From Patescibacteria group bacterium (lineage in GTDB: Bacteria; Patescibacteriota; Microgenomatia; UBA8517), in NCBI GenBank assembly GCA_035291665.1, contig DATDRP010000006.1, positions 74,961 to 138,960 on the forward strand: 64,000 nt of DNA. The letters are read 5' to 3'. Shown here one piece after another: positions 46,804-55,949 of the stretch. The notes beneath the pieces were generated by a model. That model was not told the origin of the DNA, did no database searches, and saw nothing but the letters and a program-made list of their open reading frames with translations. The first letter of the stretch is position 1. Every line of letters starts with the position of its first letter. The position numbers and the translations under genes were made by a program.

Positions 46804-47553
46804 ATGAAAAAACTTAAGAGAATATTAGCAAAACAATCGGGCAGGGATTTCAGCGGAAGAGTTCGGGTGCGGCACCAAGGAGGACGGCAAAAGAGATTCT
46901 ATAGGGTCGTTGATTGGAAACGCGACAAAAAAGACGTTTGGGCGCAAGTTGTAGCTATAGAATTCGATCCGAATCGAAATGCCTATTTGGCAGCCGTTAA
47001 GTACGAAGACGGAGAATTAAGATACGTTTTGGCGCCCTTGGGAATAGAAGTTGGGTCAAAACTAATTTCTTCCGAAGTAGCGCCTATTGAATCGGGAAAC
47101 CACCTACCCTTATCCAAAATTCCGGTTGGCACGCAGGTTCACAATATTGAAATCCGACCGGGAAAGGGTGGTCAGATAGTCAAAGGTGCAGGTTCAGTTG
47201 CAGTTATTCAAGGCAAGGAGACTGACTATGTACTTTTAAAATTACCATCAGGCGAGGTCAGGCGGTTTGTTAACAATTGTTGGGCAACGGTTGGACAAGT
47301 TGGAAACATAGAGGCAAGAAGTGTTAGAATCCCTAATGCCGGAACCAAAAGAAGAATGGGTATCAGGCCTACAGTAAGAGGTACAGCCCAACATCCGAAT
47401 TCACACCCTCATGGAGGAGGAGAAGGAAGAAGCGGCATAGGACTTAAGCATCCAAAAACACCTTGGGGAAAAAGTGCCGTCGGAAAAACCAGAAACAAAA
47501 GAAAGTATTCGAATAATTTGATTATTGAGCACAGAAAACCTGCAAGAGGATAA
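46804..47553 (+). CDS. rplB: 50S ribosomal protein L2
   Basis: L2 signature ([45 protein letters not shown]). Confidence 0.95.
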   Translation: MKKLKRILAKQSGRDFSGRVRVRHQGGRQKRFYRVVDWKRDKKDVWAQVVAIEFDPNRNAYLAAVKYEDGELRYVLAPLGIEVGSKLISSEVAPIESGNHLPLSKIPVGTQVHNIEIRPGKGGQIVKGAGSVAVIQGKETDYVLLKLPSGEVRRFVNNCWATVGQVGNIEARSVRIPNAGTKRRMGIRPTVRGTAQHPNSHPHGGGEGRSGIGLKHPKTPWGKSAVGKTRNKRKYSNNLIIEHRKPARG

Positions 47554-47557
47554 AAAT

Positions 47558-47839
47558 ATGTCCAGAAGTTCAAAAAAAGGTCCGTATGTAGACGCAAATC
47601 TTATAAAAAAGGTTGAGTCTGGTATGGGCGATAAATCAAAACCCGTAAAAACTTGGGCGCGGGCGAGTATGATTCCGCCGCAGTTTGTGGGGAAATACTT
47701 CAAGGTTCATAACGGTAAGAATTTTCTAGATGTTTTCGTCACCGAAGATATGGTTGGTCACAGACTTGGCGAATTCTCACCGACCAGGACTTTCCGGGGA
47801 CACGGACAGGTTGTTAAACGTATTTTGGATAAAACTTAA
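47558..47839 (+). CDS. rpsS: 30S ribosomal protein S19
   Basis: [20 protein letters not shown] ... [32 protein letters not shown]. The ATG at 47558 lies inside a longer listed ORF. Confidence 0.9.
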   Translation: MSRSSKKGPYVDANLIKKVESGMGDKSKPVKTWARASMIPPQFVGKYFKVHNGKNFLDVFVTEDMVGHRLGEFSPTRTFRGHGQVVKRILDKT

Positions 47840-47840
47840 T

Positions 47841-48317
47841 ATGGATTTTTTTGCAATACAAAAATTTGTTAAGGTATCACCGAAAAAATTGAGGCTTGTT
47901 GCCAACGTCGCAAAAAAAATGACGCCTCTTGAAGCGGTTGACAGACTCCCGTTTCTAAGAAAAAGCGGAACAGAACCAATGATAAAAGCAATTAAGACGG
48001 CAATTGCCAACGCCAAAGATAAAGAAATTAGCGATAATCTTTTACGATTCAAAGAAATCCAAATCAATGAAGGACCGAGATTGAAAAGAGGCAGACCTGT
48101 TTCCAGGGGCCGTTGGCACCCGTTTGTCAAAAGAATGAGCCATATCAGGGTGGTTATAACAAGTGTAAGTCAAGAACCTGTAAAAAAGCAGCAATCAGAG
48201 AACAAAGATGAAAAACCCAAAGCAGACAGTTCAAAAGTTAAAAATGAAAAATCAAAAATACAGTTAAAAAGCAAAAAAGACGTAAAAGAAAAAAATCTGA
48301 AAAAGAAAAAGAAGTAG
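47841..48317 (+). CDS. rplV: 50S ribosomal protein L22 (K-rich C-terminal extension)
   Basis: MDFFAIQKFVKVSPKKLRLVANVAKKMTPLEAVDRLPF. The ATG at 47841 lies inside a longer listed ORF. Confidence 0.9.
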   Translation: MDFFAIQKFVKVSPKKLRLVANVAKKMTPLEAVDRLPFLRKSGTEPMIKAIKTAIANAKDKEISDNLLRFKEIQINEGPRLKRGRPVSRGRWHPFVKRMSHIRVVITSVSQEPVKKQQSENKDEKPKADSSKVKNEKSKIQLKSKKDVKEKNLKKKKK

Positions 48318-48337
48318 ACATTTTATTTTTTTAAAAC

Positions 48338-48994
48338 ATGGGACAAAAAGTTAATCCGACAGGTTTCAGAATAGGAAGCTATTATCAGTGGCGGTCAAGG
48401 TGGTTTACTGACCCGAAAACATATAGGCAATACCTTATAGAGGATATTGAGATTCGAAGTGCCTTGATGAAAAAGTTGAAGCTGGCGGGTGTAACGATGA
48501 TTGAAATCGAGAGGCTTCCCAAGTCAATGAGCATTACTCTTACGGTATCGCGCCCCGGAGTTGTCATCGGAAGAGGCGGATCGGGAATTGAAGAGGTTAA
48601 AAAAGAAATAGTTGCGGTAATGGAGCGCTTGAGAAATAAAAAACTTAAGGATATAAAAATCGATCTTCGGGTAAATGAAGTCAGAAATCCCGAAATATCT
48701 GCAGCGTTGGTGGCGCAAAGATTGGTGTCCGATCTTGAACGTAGAATGCCCTATAGAAGAGTTATAGCAAGGACATTGGATCGGATAATGCAGTCGGGAG
48801 CTTTGGGAGCAAAGATTGTTCTTTCAGGCCGGATTGCAGGTGCTGAAATTTCAAGAAGGGAAAAATTCCATAAAGGATCAGTACCAACTCAGACTCTCAG
48901 AGAGAATATCGATTATTGCGAAATCCCCGCACTTTTGAAAAGAGGGTATGTCGGGGTAAAAGTCTATATACATAAAAAGGAAGAGGGAGAATAG
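48338..48994 (+). CDS. rpsC: 30S ribosomal protein S3
   Basis: MGQKVNPTGFRIG, KH and S3-C domains. Confidence 0.95.
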   Translation: MGQKVNPTGFRIGSYYQWRSRWFTDPKTYRQYLIEDIEIRSALMKKLKLAGVTMIEIERLPKSMSITLTVSRPGVVIGRGGSGIEEVKKEIVAVMERLRNKKLKDIKIDLRVNEVRNPEISAALVAQRLVSDLERRMPYRRVIARTLDRIMQSGALGAKIVLSGRIAGAEISRREKFHKGSVPTQTLRENIDYCEIPALLKRGYVGVKVYIHKKEEGE

Positions 48995-48996
48995 TT

Positions 48997-49067
48997 AAAA
49001 ATTAACCTAATTGACCTAATCTGGGAATTAAGTTTTTAGAAATTAGGAATTAGAAATTAGAAATTGG
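48997..49067. repeat. CTAATT / AATTAG repeat array in the rpsC-rplP spacer
   Basis: AATTAACCTAATTGACCTAATCT (+ orientation) followed by TAGAAATTAGGAATTAGAAATTAGAAATTGG (the same motif inverted, ~7-nt period). It shares the 13-mer AATTAACCTAATT with 29414-29426. Confidence 0.5.
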
Positions 49068-49080
49068 AGAGAAACGACTT

Positions 49081-49491
49081 ATGTTGGAACCAAAAAGAAG
49101 AAAATACAGAAAAGATTTCCGAGGTAGACGCAGGGGAAAAGCCCAAAGGGGAAGTGATCTTTCATTTGGAGATTTTGGTTTAAAATCGCTTGAAGTAGCC
49201 TGGGTAACAAGTAAGCAGATTGAAGCAGGCAGAAGGACAATTACTCATTCTCTGAAAAGAGGCGGGCGTGTTTGGATTAGAGTTTTTCCCGATAAACCGG
49301 TTACAGCCAGACCGGCAGGACAAAGAATGGGTAGCGGGAAAGGCGACATAGACAGATATGTGGCAGTTGTTAAACCGGGTAGGATTCTTTACGAAGTTAC
49401 GGGAGCATCGGAAGAAATAGTTGTTGCAGCGCTCAAAAAAGCTGCCGATAAGATGCCTGTTAAGACAAGAATTGTTAAAAAGGAAGGATAA
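49081..49491 (+). CDS. rplP: 50S ribosomal protein L16
   Basis: [19 protein letters not shown] ... L16 signature. Confidence 0.95.
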   Translation: MLEPKRRKYRKDFRGRRRGKAQRGSDLSFGDFGLKSLEVAWVTSKQIEAGRRTITHSLKRGGRVWIRVFPDKPVTARPAGQRMGSGKGDIDRYVAVVKPGRILYEVTGASEEIVVAALKKAADKMPVKTRIVKKEG

Positions 49492-49495
49492 AATT

Positions 49496-49548
49496 ATGAC
49501 ATCCTCCACGGACTAAAGTCCGTGGTTTCCTATGAGGGAGGATGACAT
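49496..49548. repeat. REP-like miniature palindromic element, copy C, inside the rplP-rpmC spacer
   Basis: ATGACATCCTCC (49496-49507) + hairpin ACGGAC-TAAA-GTCCGT + GGAGGATGACAT (49537-49548). The outer arms form an 8-bp stem CATCCTCC / GGAGGATG. Confidence 0.55.
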
Positions 49549-49569
49549 ATCAATTTCTTTAAAATTGCT

Positions 49570-49779
49570 ATGAAACAAAAAAAATACGAAGAGATGAAAG
49601 GTAAGAAAGTGCTGGATCTGGAAAAAATGGTTGAAGAGAAAAAGCTTGAACTTTTCAAAACACAAGCTATCATAAGATCCGGGCAGGAAAAGAACTTGAA
49701 AAAAATGAAGAATCTTAGAGTTGATATCGCCCAACTCTTAACTTTGATAAATATTTTAAAATTAACCAAAGAAAGCTAA
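49570..49779 (+). CDS. rpmC: 50S ribosomal protein L29
   Basis: 69 aa, helical, L29-like (KVLDLEKMVEEKKLELFKTQAIIRSGQ). Confidence 0.85.
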   Translation: MKQKKYEEMKGKKVLDLEKMVEEKKLELFKTQAIIRSGQEKNLKKMKNLRVDIAQLLTLINILKLTKES

Positions 49780-49795
49780 AGTACAAATTAATAAT

Positions 49796-50101
49796 ATGAA
49801 AGTTTTTACAGGAAAAGTAATTTCAAAGAAGATGCTGAAAACCGCAACCGTTTCGGTTGAAAGAACGGTTAAGCATCCAATGTACCAGAAAACGTTTACC
49901 AGACAGAAAAAATATCATGTTCATGATGATTTTGATGTGGCAATCGGTGAAAGCGTAAGGTTTATTGCATCAAAACCATATTCGAAATTAGTGAGATGGA
50001 AGATAGTTAAAGATTTGAAGTTAAAGAAAGTTGAGTCGAATGCAAAAAAACCAAGAGATGTTGCAGTAAAAGCAGTTAAAAAAGGAAGGAAGTCGTCATG
50101 A
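49796..50101 (+). CDS. rpsQ: 30S ribosomal protein S17
   Basis: GKVISKKMLKTATVSVERTVKHPMYQK matches the S17 OB fold. Confidence 0.9.
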   Translation: MKVFTGKVISKKMLKTATVSVERTVKHPMYQKTFTRQKKYHVHDDFDVAIGESVRFIASKPYSKLVRWKIVKDLKLKKVESNAKKPRDVAVKAVKKGRKSS

Positions 50102-50463
50102 TACAACTAAGAACAATGCTTGTTCCGGCTGATAATTCCGGAGCCAAAAGATTTATGGTCTTCGGAATTTCAGTAAAAATTGGGAAATATGCGACTATTG
50201 GCGATGTTGTTAACTGCGTCGTTAAAGGAGCAGACCCTAACGGGGCAGTTGCAAATAAGGAGAAAGTTAAAGTACTGATAGTCAGAACAAAAAAAGAAAT
50301 TAAGCGTAAGGATGGAACTTATTTGAGATTCGACGATAATGCTGGAGTTGCAATTGATAAGCAGGGTCTTCCAAGAGGAACCCGGATTCTTGGACCCATT
50401 GCCAGGGAAATAAAAGAGATTGGTTATACAAAAATTGCATCTTTAGCAAGAGAGGTAGTATAA
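50098..50463 (+). CDS. rplN: 50S ribosomal protein L14
   Basis: MIQLRTMLVPADNSGAKRFMV matches the L14 signature. Confidence 0.95.
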   Translation: MIQLRTMLVPADNSGAKRFMVFGISVKIGKYATIGDVVNCVVKGADPNGAVANKEKVKVLIVRTKKEIKRKDGTYLRFDDNAGVAIDKQGLPRGTRILGPIAREIKEIGYTKIASLAREVV

Positions 50464-50498
50464 AAATTAAAAATTTAAAATTAAAAATTTAAAATTAA
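50462..50498. repeat. AT-only tandem repeat (AAAATTAAAAATTT x ~2.5) in the rplN-rplX spacer
   Basis: TAAAAATTAAAAATTTAAAATTAAAAATTTAAAATTAATA. Confidence 0.5.
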
Positions 50499-50504
50499 TA
50501 CAAT

Positions 50505-50816
50505 ATGTTGAAATATAAAATAACCGATAAAGTAAAAGTTACAGCCGGAAAAGATAAAGGTCGCGACGGGGTAGTTGAAAAAATAGTAAAAGGTTCGTCA
50601 GTTTTAATACCGGGAATAAATGAATATAAAAAACATGTCAAAGCGCAAGGAAATCAAAAAGGCGGAATATTTTCTATTCCGAAACCATTACCTTTTTCAA
50701 AAATTGCATTGATTTGTCCGAAATGCGGCAAACCCACCCGGGTTGGCTTTCGTATTGCAGGGAAAGAAAAAGTAAGATTTTGTAAAAAATGCGACAGGCA
50801 AATTGATAAAAATTAA
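50505..50816 (+). CDS. rplX: 50S ribosomal protein L24 with a C-terminal CxxC...CxxC motif
   Basis: KOW motif (VKVTAGKDKGRDGVV). The C-terminus reads ICPKCGKPTRVGFRIAGKEKVRFCKKCDRQID, where E. coli has [31 protein letters not shown]. Confidence 0.85.
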   Translation: MLKYKITDKVKVTAGKDKGRDGVVEKIVKGSSVLIPGINEYKKHVKAQGNQKGGIFSIPKPLPFSKIALICPKCGKPTRVGFRIAGKEKVRFCKKCDRQIDKN

Positions 50817-50822
50817 AAAGCT

Positions 50823-51374
50823 ATGGCAAATTCACGTTTAAAAGAAAAATATCAAAAAGAAGTAGTTCCGGTATTGATGAAGGAGCTGGAGTTAAAAAAT
50901 AATTTTGAAGTTCCCAGGGTTTCAAAAGTTGTGGTAAATATGGGAGTGGGAGAAGCGATAAAAAATAAGGAAATTATGGAAAAAGCAAAAAAAGATTTGG
51001 CCGCAATTACAGGTCAGGCACCGAGCGTAAGAAGAGCTCGGGTATCTGTTGCAACTTTTTCTTTACGAAAAGGAATGGCCGTTGGGCTTAAGGTGACCCT
51101 TCGGGGTGAAAAAATGTACAGTTTTTTGGATAAGTTGTTTTCTATAGTTCTACCCCGGTTTAGGGATTTTCGGGGAGTTTCCCGTAAATGTTTTGATAAG
51201 GCGGGAAACTACACTTTGGGATTAGCAGAACAAACAGTGTTTACGGAAGTTGATATTCAAAAATCGGGTTCACGCGGAATGGAAATTACAATTGTTACAA
51301 AATCAGACGGCAGGAAGCAATCTGAAAGATTATTGGAGCTAATGGGTATGCCGTTTGAGAAGATAAAAGATTAA
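50823..51374 (+). CDS. rplE: 50S ribosomal protein L5
   Basis: L5 signature segments. Confidence 0.95.
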   Translation: MANSRLKEKYQKEVVPVLMKELELKNNFEVPRVSKVVVNMGVGEAIKNKEIMEKAKKDLAAITGQAPSVRRARVSVATFSLRKGMAVGLKVTLRGEKMYSFLDKLFSIVLPRFRDFRGVSRKCFDKAGNYTLGLAEQTVFTEVDIQKSGSRGMEITIVTKSDGRKQSERLLELMGMPFEKIKD

Positions 51375-51417
51375 CACGGATTTGAGACGGATTTTCACTG
51401 ATGATCAGTGTTAATCT
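51368..51417 (+). promoter_or_regulatory. Inverted repeat AGATTAACAC ... GTGTTAATCT (10 bp perfect) enclosing palindrome CACTGAT-G-ATCAGTG, between rplE and rpsN
   Basis: The left arm overlaps the rplE stop. The right arm ends 33 nt before the rpsN start. Confidence 0.45.
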
Positions 51418-51449
51418 GTAAGTTAAATCAGCGGAAATCTTATAAAGAT

Positions 51450-51635
51450 ATGTCAACAACAGCAAAAGAAGTAAGAGAATTAAAAAAACTGAAGTATAAA
51501 ACAAGGTATACAAACCGTTGCAGTTTGTGTGGAAGATCGCGCGGTTATATGAGAAAATTCGCTCTCTGCAGGTTGTGTTTCAGAAAATACGCACATAAGG
51601 GAGAAATTCCAGGTGTAAGAAAGGCAAGTTGGTAA
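51450..51635 (+). CDS. rpsN: 30S ribosomal protein S14, zinc-binding type Z (61 aa)
   Basis: [61 protein letters not shown] contains the C4 motif. The ATG at 51450 lies inside a longer listed ORF. Confidence 0.9.
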   Translation: MSTTAKEVRELKKLKYKTRYTNRCSLCGRSRGYMRKFALCRLCFRKYAHKGEIPGVRKASW

Positions 51636-52039
51636 TAAACATTATGAAAATGAAAAATTATTCCATAAATTATCCGGAAGGCGACTTTTTGATAAGAGTC
51701 AAAAATACAGCTATGGCTGGAGGAAGTAAGGTTGAGGTTAAAAAGAATAAATTTATCTTAAATATCGCAAAACTATTAGTAAAAGAGAAGATTTTGTCGG
51801 AAGTAAAAGAAGAAGAAGGTACGTTGACGGTAAGTCTTTTATATCACAAAAAACAACCTATGCTTGCCGATATCAAACTCGTGTCCCGTCCGGGGTTGAG
51901 AGTTTATTGGGGAAGTGCTGAAATTGCGATAAAAAAAGGACCTTTTTTTTATATTGTTTCCACCCCCCAGGGAGTCATAAGCTCACGGGAGGCGATGAAG
52001 AAAAACATTGGCGGTGAAATAATTGCCCAAGTATATTAA
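51629..52039 (+). CDS. rpsH: 30S ribosomal protein S8
   Basis: [11 protein letters not shown] ... [10 protein letters not shown]-terminal S8 signature. Confidence 0.9.
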   Translation: MVINIMKMKNYSINYPEGDFLIRVKNTAMAGGSKVEVKKNKFILNIAKLLVKEKILSEVKEEEGTLTVSLLYHKKQPMLADIKLVSRPGLRVYWGSAEIAIKKGPFFYIVSTPQGVISSREAMKKNIGGEIIAQVY

Positions 52040-52043
52040 GACT

Positions 52044-52592
52044 ATGAGTAAAATTGGAAAAAAACCGATAATCTTGCCCGAAGGTGTGAAAGTTACCCTT
52101 TCAGACGGTGAGGTAACCGTAACCGGACCGAATGGTGAACTAAAAAGAAAATACCCGGAGAGACTTTTAGATATTCAAGTAGCTGACGGGCAAGTTTTGG
52201 TTACTTCGAAAAAATCGTCCGAAATAACATTTGCCAGGTGGGGTACAACAAGATCCCATATCAACAATATGGTAGTGGGTGTGACTCAGGGCTGGAGCAA
52301 ATCACTTGAACTTGTAGGTGTTGGGTACAGAGCGGAAACAACGGGGACAGATCTTTCTTTTACGGTTGGTTTTTCACATCCGGTAAAGGTTAAAGCACCG
52401 ACTGGAATAAAGTTTTCAGTCGAAAAAAGTATTATAAAGATTGAAGGCATTGATAAAGAATTGGTGGGTTCAACAGCTGATAAGATCCGATCCATAAGAC
52501 CTCCCGAACCGTATAAAGGTAAAGGTATAAAATATGTTGATGAAGTGATCAGAAGAAAAGCAGGTAAAGCAGCAAAGACACAAGCAGCTTAA
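52044..52592 (+). CDS. rplF: 50S ribosomal protein L6
   Basis: [33 protein letters not shown]. The ATG at 52044 is in frame inside the listed ORF. Confidence 0.9.
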   Translation: MSKIGKKPIILPEGVKVTLSDGEVTVTGPNGELKRKYPERLLDIQVADGQVLVTSKKSSEITFARWGTTRSHINNMVVGVTQGWSKSLELVGVGYRAETTGTDLSFTVGFSHPVKVKAPTGIKFSVEKSIIKIEGIDKELVGSTADKIRSIRPPEPYKGKGIKYVDEVIRRKAGKAAKTQAA

Positions 52593-52602
52593 TTTTAAAA
52601 AT

Positions 52603-52953
52603 ATGAATAATAAAAAAAGATTTTTAAGACGGCAAACAAAAGTAAGGGGTAAAATCTTAGATTCCAAAAATCGAAACAGACTATCTGTCTACAGATCAAA
52701 TTTGCATATTTATGCTCAAGTTATCGATGATACGATCGGTAAAACACTGGTTCATTCTTCTGACAAGGAAGTAGTGAAAGAAACGGATAAATTAACGAAG
52801 AAAGAGGCAGCTTTTAAGGTTGGAGTAGACATCGCAAAAAAAGCTCTCAAAAAGAAGATTAAAACCGTTGTTTTTGACCGAAGCGGGTATAGGTATCATG
52901 GCAGAGTACAAATGGTTGCTGATGGAGCCCGTGAAGGGGGATTAATATTCTAA
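52603..52953 (+). CDS. rplR: 50S ribosomal protein L18
   Basis: 116 aa, L18 family. Confidence 0.9.
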   Translation: MNNKKRFLRRQTKVRGKILDSKNRNRLSVYRSNLHIYAQVIDDTIGKTLVHSSDKEVVKETDKLTKKEAAFKVGVDIAKKALKKKIKTVVFDRSGYRYHGRVQMVADGAREGGLIF

Positions 52954-52955
52954 TT

Positions 52956-53438
52956 ATGGATAATAGATATTCAAGAGAAAAAGAATTTAGTGAAACTGTA
53001 ATAGAAATCAAACGGATTTCTAAAAAAACAAAAGGCGGAAATACAATCAGGTTTTCGGCTTTGGTTGTTGTCGGAGATTTGAAAGGAAAAGTCGGTCTTG
53101 GGCTTGCGAAAGCACAGGATGTGTCGTCAGCTATTCAGAAGGCAATAGCTTCTGCAAAACGAAAGATGATTAGAGTTCCATTGAAGGGTCATACAGTTCC
53201 TTTCTCCGTAAGGCAGAAATTTTCAGCGGCAAAGATTCTATTGAAACCGGCTCCTCCCGGATCTGGTATTATAGCTGGAGGGGCAATCAGAGTTGTTCTT
53301 GAAGCTTCAGGCATAACTGACGCAGTTGGCAAAATCATGGGAACAAAAAACAAAGCTTCAAATGTTTACGCAACGTTTGATGCTTTGAAAACCATCTCAG
53401 AAACTGAGGAAAGGCTGAAGATTAGAAATGCAAAATAA
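52956..53438 (+). CDS. rpsE: 30S ribosomal protein S5
   Basis: dsRBD and S5-C domains (KRISKKTKGGNTIRFSALVVVGDLKGKVGLGLAKA). Confidence 0.9.
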   Translation: MDNRYSREKEFSETVIEIKRISKKTKGGNTIRFSALVVVGDLKGKVGLGLAKAQDVSSAIQKAIASAKRKMIRVPLKGHTVPFSVRQKFSAAKILLKPAPPGSGIIAGGAIRVVLEASGITDAVGKIMGTKNKASNVYATFDALKTISETEERLKIRNAK

Positions 53439-53931
53439 TATGGATTTACCTAAAGTAGTTTCAAAATCTAAGAAAAGAAGAGGCCAGGGTTATGGCAGCG
53501 GAAAAGGCGGACACACTTCCGGAAGGGGTCAAAAAGGTCAGAAGTCAAGGACGAAAATCGGAATTCTTTTTGAGGGAATGAAGGTCAAGAAGTCGATGAT
53601 TAAAAGACTTCCGTTAAGACGCGGAAAAGGTAAGCTTAAGTCACATCAAAAACCGATTATTGTACCTATCGAACTATTGAATTTTTTCCCTGCCGGGGCA
53701 ATGGTTGATCTTAAAGCATTGATCGATAAAAAACTCGTAAATGCGCAAGATGCATTGAAGTTTGGCGTCAAAGTTTTGGGGAATGGCAAACTGACAGTCG
53801 AAAAATTAAGAGTAGTTCTTCCAATGTCAAATAACGTTCGTGAAACATTAACGAAGTTGGGTGGTAAGGTCGGCACCGAAGCTCCCGAAGAAAAAAATAA
53901 AAAAAGCTCCAAACAAAATAAGAAAAAGTAA
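53428..53931 (+). CDS. rplO: 50S ribosomal protein L15
   Basis: RRGQGYGSGKGGHTSGRGQKGQKSR matches the L15 signature. It overlaps the rpsE stop, so no L30 gene can fit between them. Confidence 0.9.
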   Translation: MQNNMDLPKVVSKSKKRRGQGYGSGKGGHTSGRGQKGQKSRTKIGILFEGMKVKKSMIKRLPLRRGKGKLKSHQKPIIVPIELLNFFPAGAMVDLKALIDKKLVNAQDALKFGVKVLGNGKLTVEKLRVVLPMSNNVRETLTKLGGKVGTEAPEEKNKKSSKQNKKK

Positions 53932-53982
53932 ATCTGAATTTATTCAGATTATAATGAGTTTGGATGTTAGCGGTTTGATATT

Positions 53983-55269
53983 TTGAATATGTTGGCTTCA
54001 ATAATTGATTTTTTTGTAAAGTTAATTAAATCCAAAGATATCCGCAAAAAAGTTGTGATAACAGCTTTGGTTTTGGTTGTTTATAGAATGGTTGCCCATA
54101 TTCCGGCGAGTGGAATCAACCGGGAATCTTTATCACTTTTGTTTTCATCATCTCCCCTTCTGTCACTCTTAGATGTATTTTCCGGAGGGACTTTAGCAAA
54201 TTTTTCCATCCTGGCATTAGGTCTTACTCCGTACATCAACGCTTCGATCATCATGCAGCTTTTGACTTACGTTATACCTAAATTTGAAGAGCTTTCAAAA
54301 GAAGGCGAGTACGGCCAGGAAAAAATTAACCAATATACGAGATTTTTAACAGTACCTCTTTCTCTTATGCAGGCATTCGGAATGTATTCAATTCTAAAAA
54401 GCCAAGGGGTAATTCCCGGGCTGGAACCGATCGGGCTTGTTTCTCTGATATTAACCATGTCGGCAGGATCTATGCTTTCCATATGGCTAGGTGAATTGAT
54501 AACAGAGTATGGTGTAGGAAACGGTGTTTCTTTCCTTATCTTTGCAGGCATAGTATCACGACTTCCGGTTACATTTGGCCAATCCGTAGCTTTAGTTCAA
54601 GCAACAGACATACTGAAAATAGGGGTCTTTTTGGTTTTGGCGGTTGTTATAGTCGGACTGATAGTCTTTATGAATGAAGCAACACGCCAGATACCGATTA
54701 ATTATGCCAGACGTGCAGGCAGAATGGGTTTGGCTTCATCTTATCTGCCGCTTCGTCTGAATCAGGCCGGTGTAATCCCGATCATCTTTGCGGTTTCTTT
54801 AGTTCTTTTACCGTCTCTGATAGGACAATTTTTGTCGGCATCGGGTAATCCCAGGATAGTCCAGTTTGCGTCTGAAATAACGAATGCTTTTAATCCCCGA
54901 TCAGTAACGTATAACCTTGTATACTTTTTTTTGGTTTTCGGATTTACTTACTTCTATACGTCGGTAGTTTTTAACCCGGAAAAGATTGCTGAAAATTTAC
55001 AAAAGAATGGTGGTTTTATTCCCGGAATTCGGCCGGGTAAGCAAACGGTGGATTATCTTAACAGTGTCCTTAACAGAATTACACTGATCGGCGCCGCCTT
55101 CCTGGGTTTGGTTGCAATTTTACCGTCATTTTTTCAAAACTTTATCGGTATAGCTAATCTGGCAGTTGGTGGAACGGGAATATTAATCGTAGTATCGGTA
55201 GTTTTGGAAATAACACGTGATCTTGAATCCCAGCTTGTTATGAAGCGTTATGACGCATTCCTAAGGTAA
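53983..55269 (+). CDS. secY: Protein translocase subunit SecY
   Basis: 428 aa, 10 TM helices, SecY signatures. Confidence 0.95.
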   Translation: MNMLASIIDFFVKLIKSKDIRKKVVITALVLVVYRMVAHIPASGINRESLSLLFSSSPLLSLLDVFSGGTLANFSILALGLTPYINASIIMQLLTYVIPKFEELSKEGEYGQEKINQYTRFLTVPLSLMQAFGMYSILKSQGVIPGLEPIGLVSLILTMSAGSMLSIWLGELITEYGVGNGVSFLIFAGIVSRLPVTFGQSVALVQATDILKIGVFLVLAVVIVGLIVFMNEATRQIPINYARRAGRMGLASSYLPLRLNQAGVIPIIFAVSLVLLPSLIGQFLSASGNPRIVQFASEITNAFNPRSVTYNLVYFFLVFGFTYFYTSVVFNPEKIAENLQKNGGFIPGIRPGKQTVDYLNSVLNRITLIGAAFLGLVAILPSFFQNFIGIANLAVGGTGILIVVSVVLEITRDLESQLVMKRYDAFLR

Positions 55270-55286
55270 ATAGTCCGAATCGTAAA

Positions 55287-55949
55287 ATGAATATTGTAAT
55301 TCTGGGAGCTCCGGCATCAGGTAAAGGCACTCAAGCTGAGCTCGTAGCAAAAGCGTTTAATTTGTATCATCTGCAAACAGGGGCTATAGCCCGAAAATTA
55401 GCAGAACACGATGCAAGAATTTCCGAAATAATTAATTCCGGGAAGCTGATGCCCGAGGAAGAAATGTCATTGTATGTAATTGATAACTTGAAAGATGCGA
55501 AACCTGAGCTGACGAATATACTTTTTGAAGGGTTTCCGCGCTTCATATCACAATATGAAGCTTTAGAAAAATACCTGACAAATAAAGGTGACGATATCGA
55601 TGCCGTATTTTCTCTCGATATCGGAAAAAGTCTTGCGATAAAGCGAATATCGGCTCGAAGAATCTGCGAAAAATGTGAGGAAGTGTTTAATCTTTACACT
55701 AATCCCCCGAAGCAAACGGGAATTTGCGATAAATGCGGCGGTAAATTGGTTCAAAGGGAGGATGATAAGCCTGCGGCTATTGAAACAAGGTTTGACCAGT
55801 ATGAAGAAAATACTAAGGAATTAATTGACTACTTGGATAAAAAGGGTAAATTGATACGGATTGACGGATCAAAACCAATCGATCAGGTTTTTTCCGATAT
55901 TCAGGATAAATTGAAAGAATTGAAAAATGAAAATACCTCTAAAAAATAA
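55287..55949 (+). CDS. adk: Adenylate kinase (zinc-finger LID type)
   Basis: P-loop GAPASGKGTQA and a LID with CEKCEE ... CDKCGG. Confidence 0.9.
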   Translation: MNIVILGAPASGKGTQAELVAKAFNLYHLQTGAIARKLAEHDARISEIINSGKLMPEEEMSLYVIDNLKDAKPELTNILFEGFPRFISQYEALEKYLTNKGDDIDAVFSLDIGKSLAIKRISARRICEKCEEVFNLYTNPPKQTGICDKCGGKLVQREDDKPAAIETRFDQYEENTKELIDYLDKKGKLIRIDGSKPIDQVFSDIQDKLKELKNENTSKK

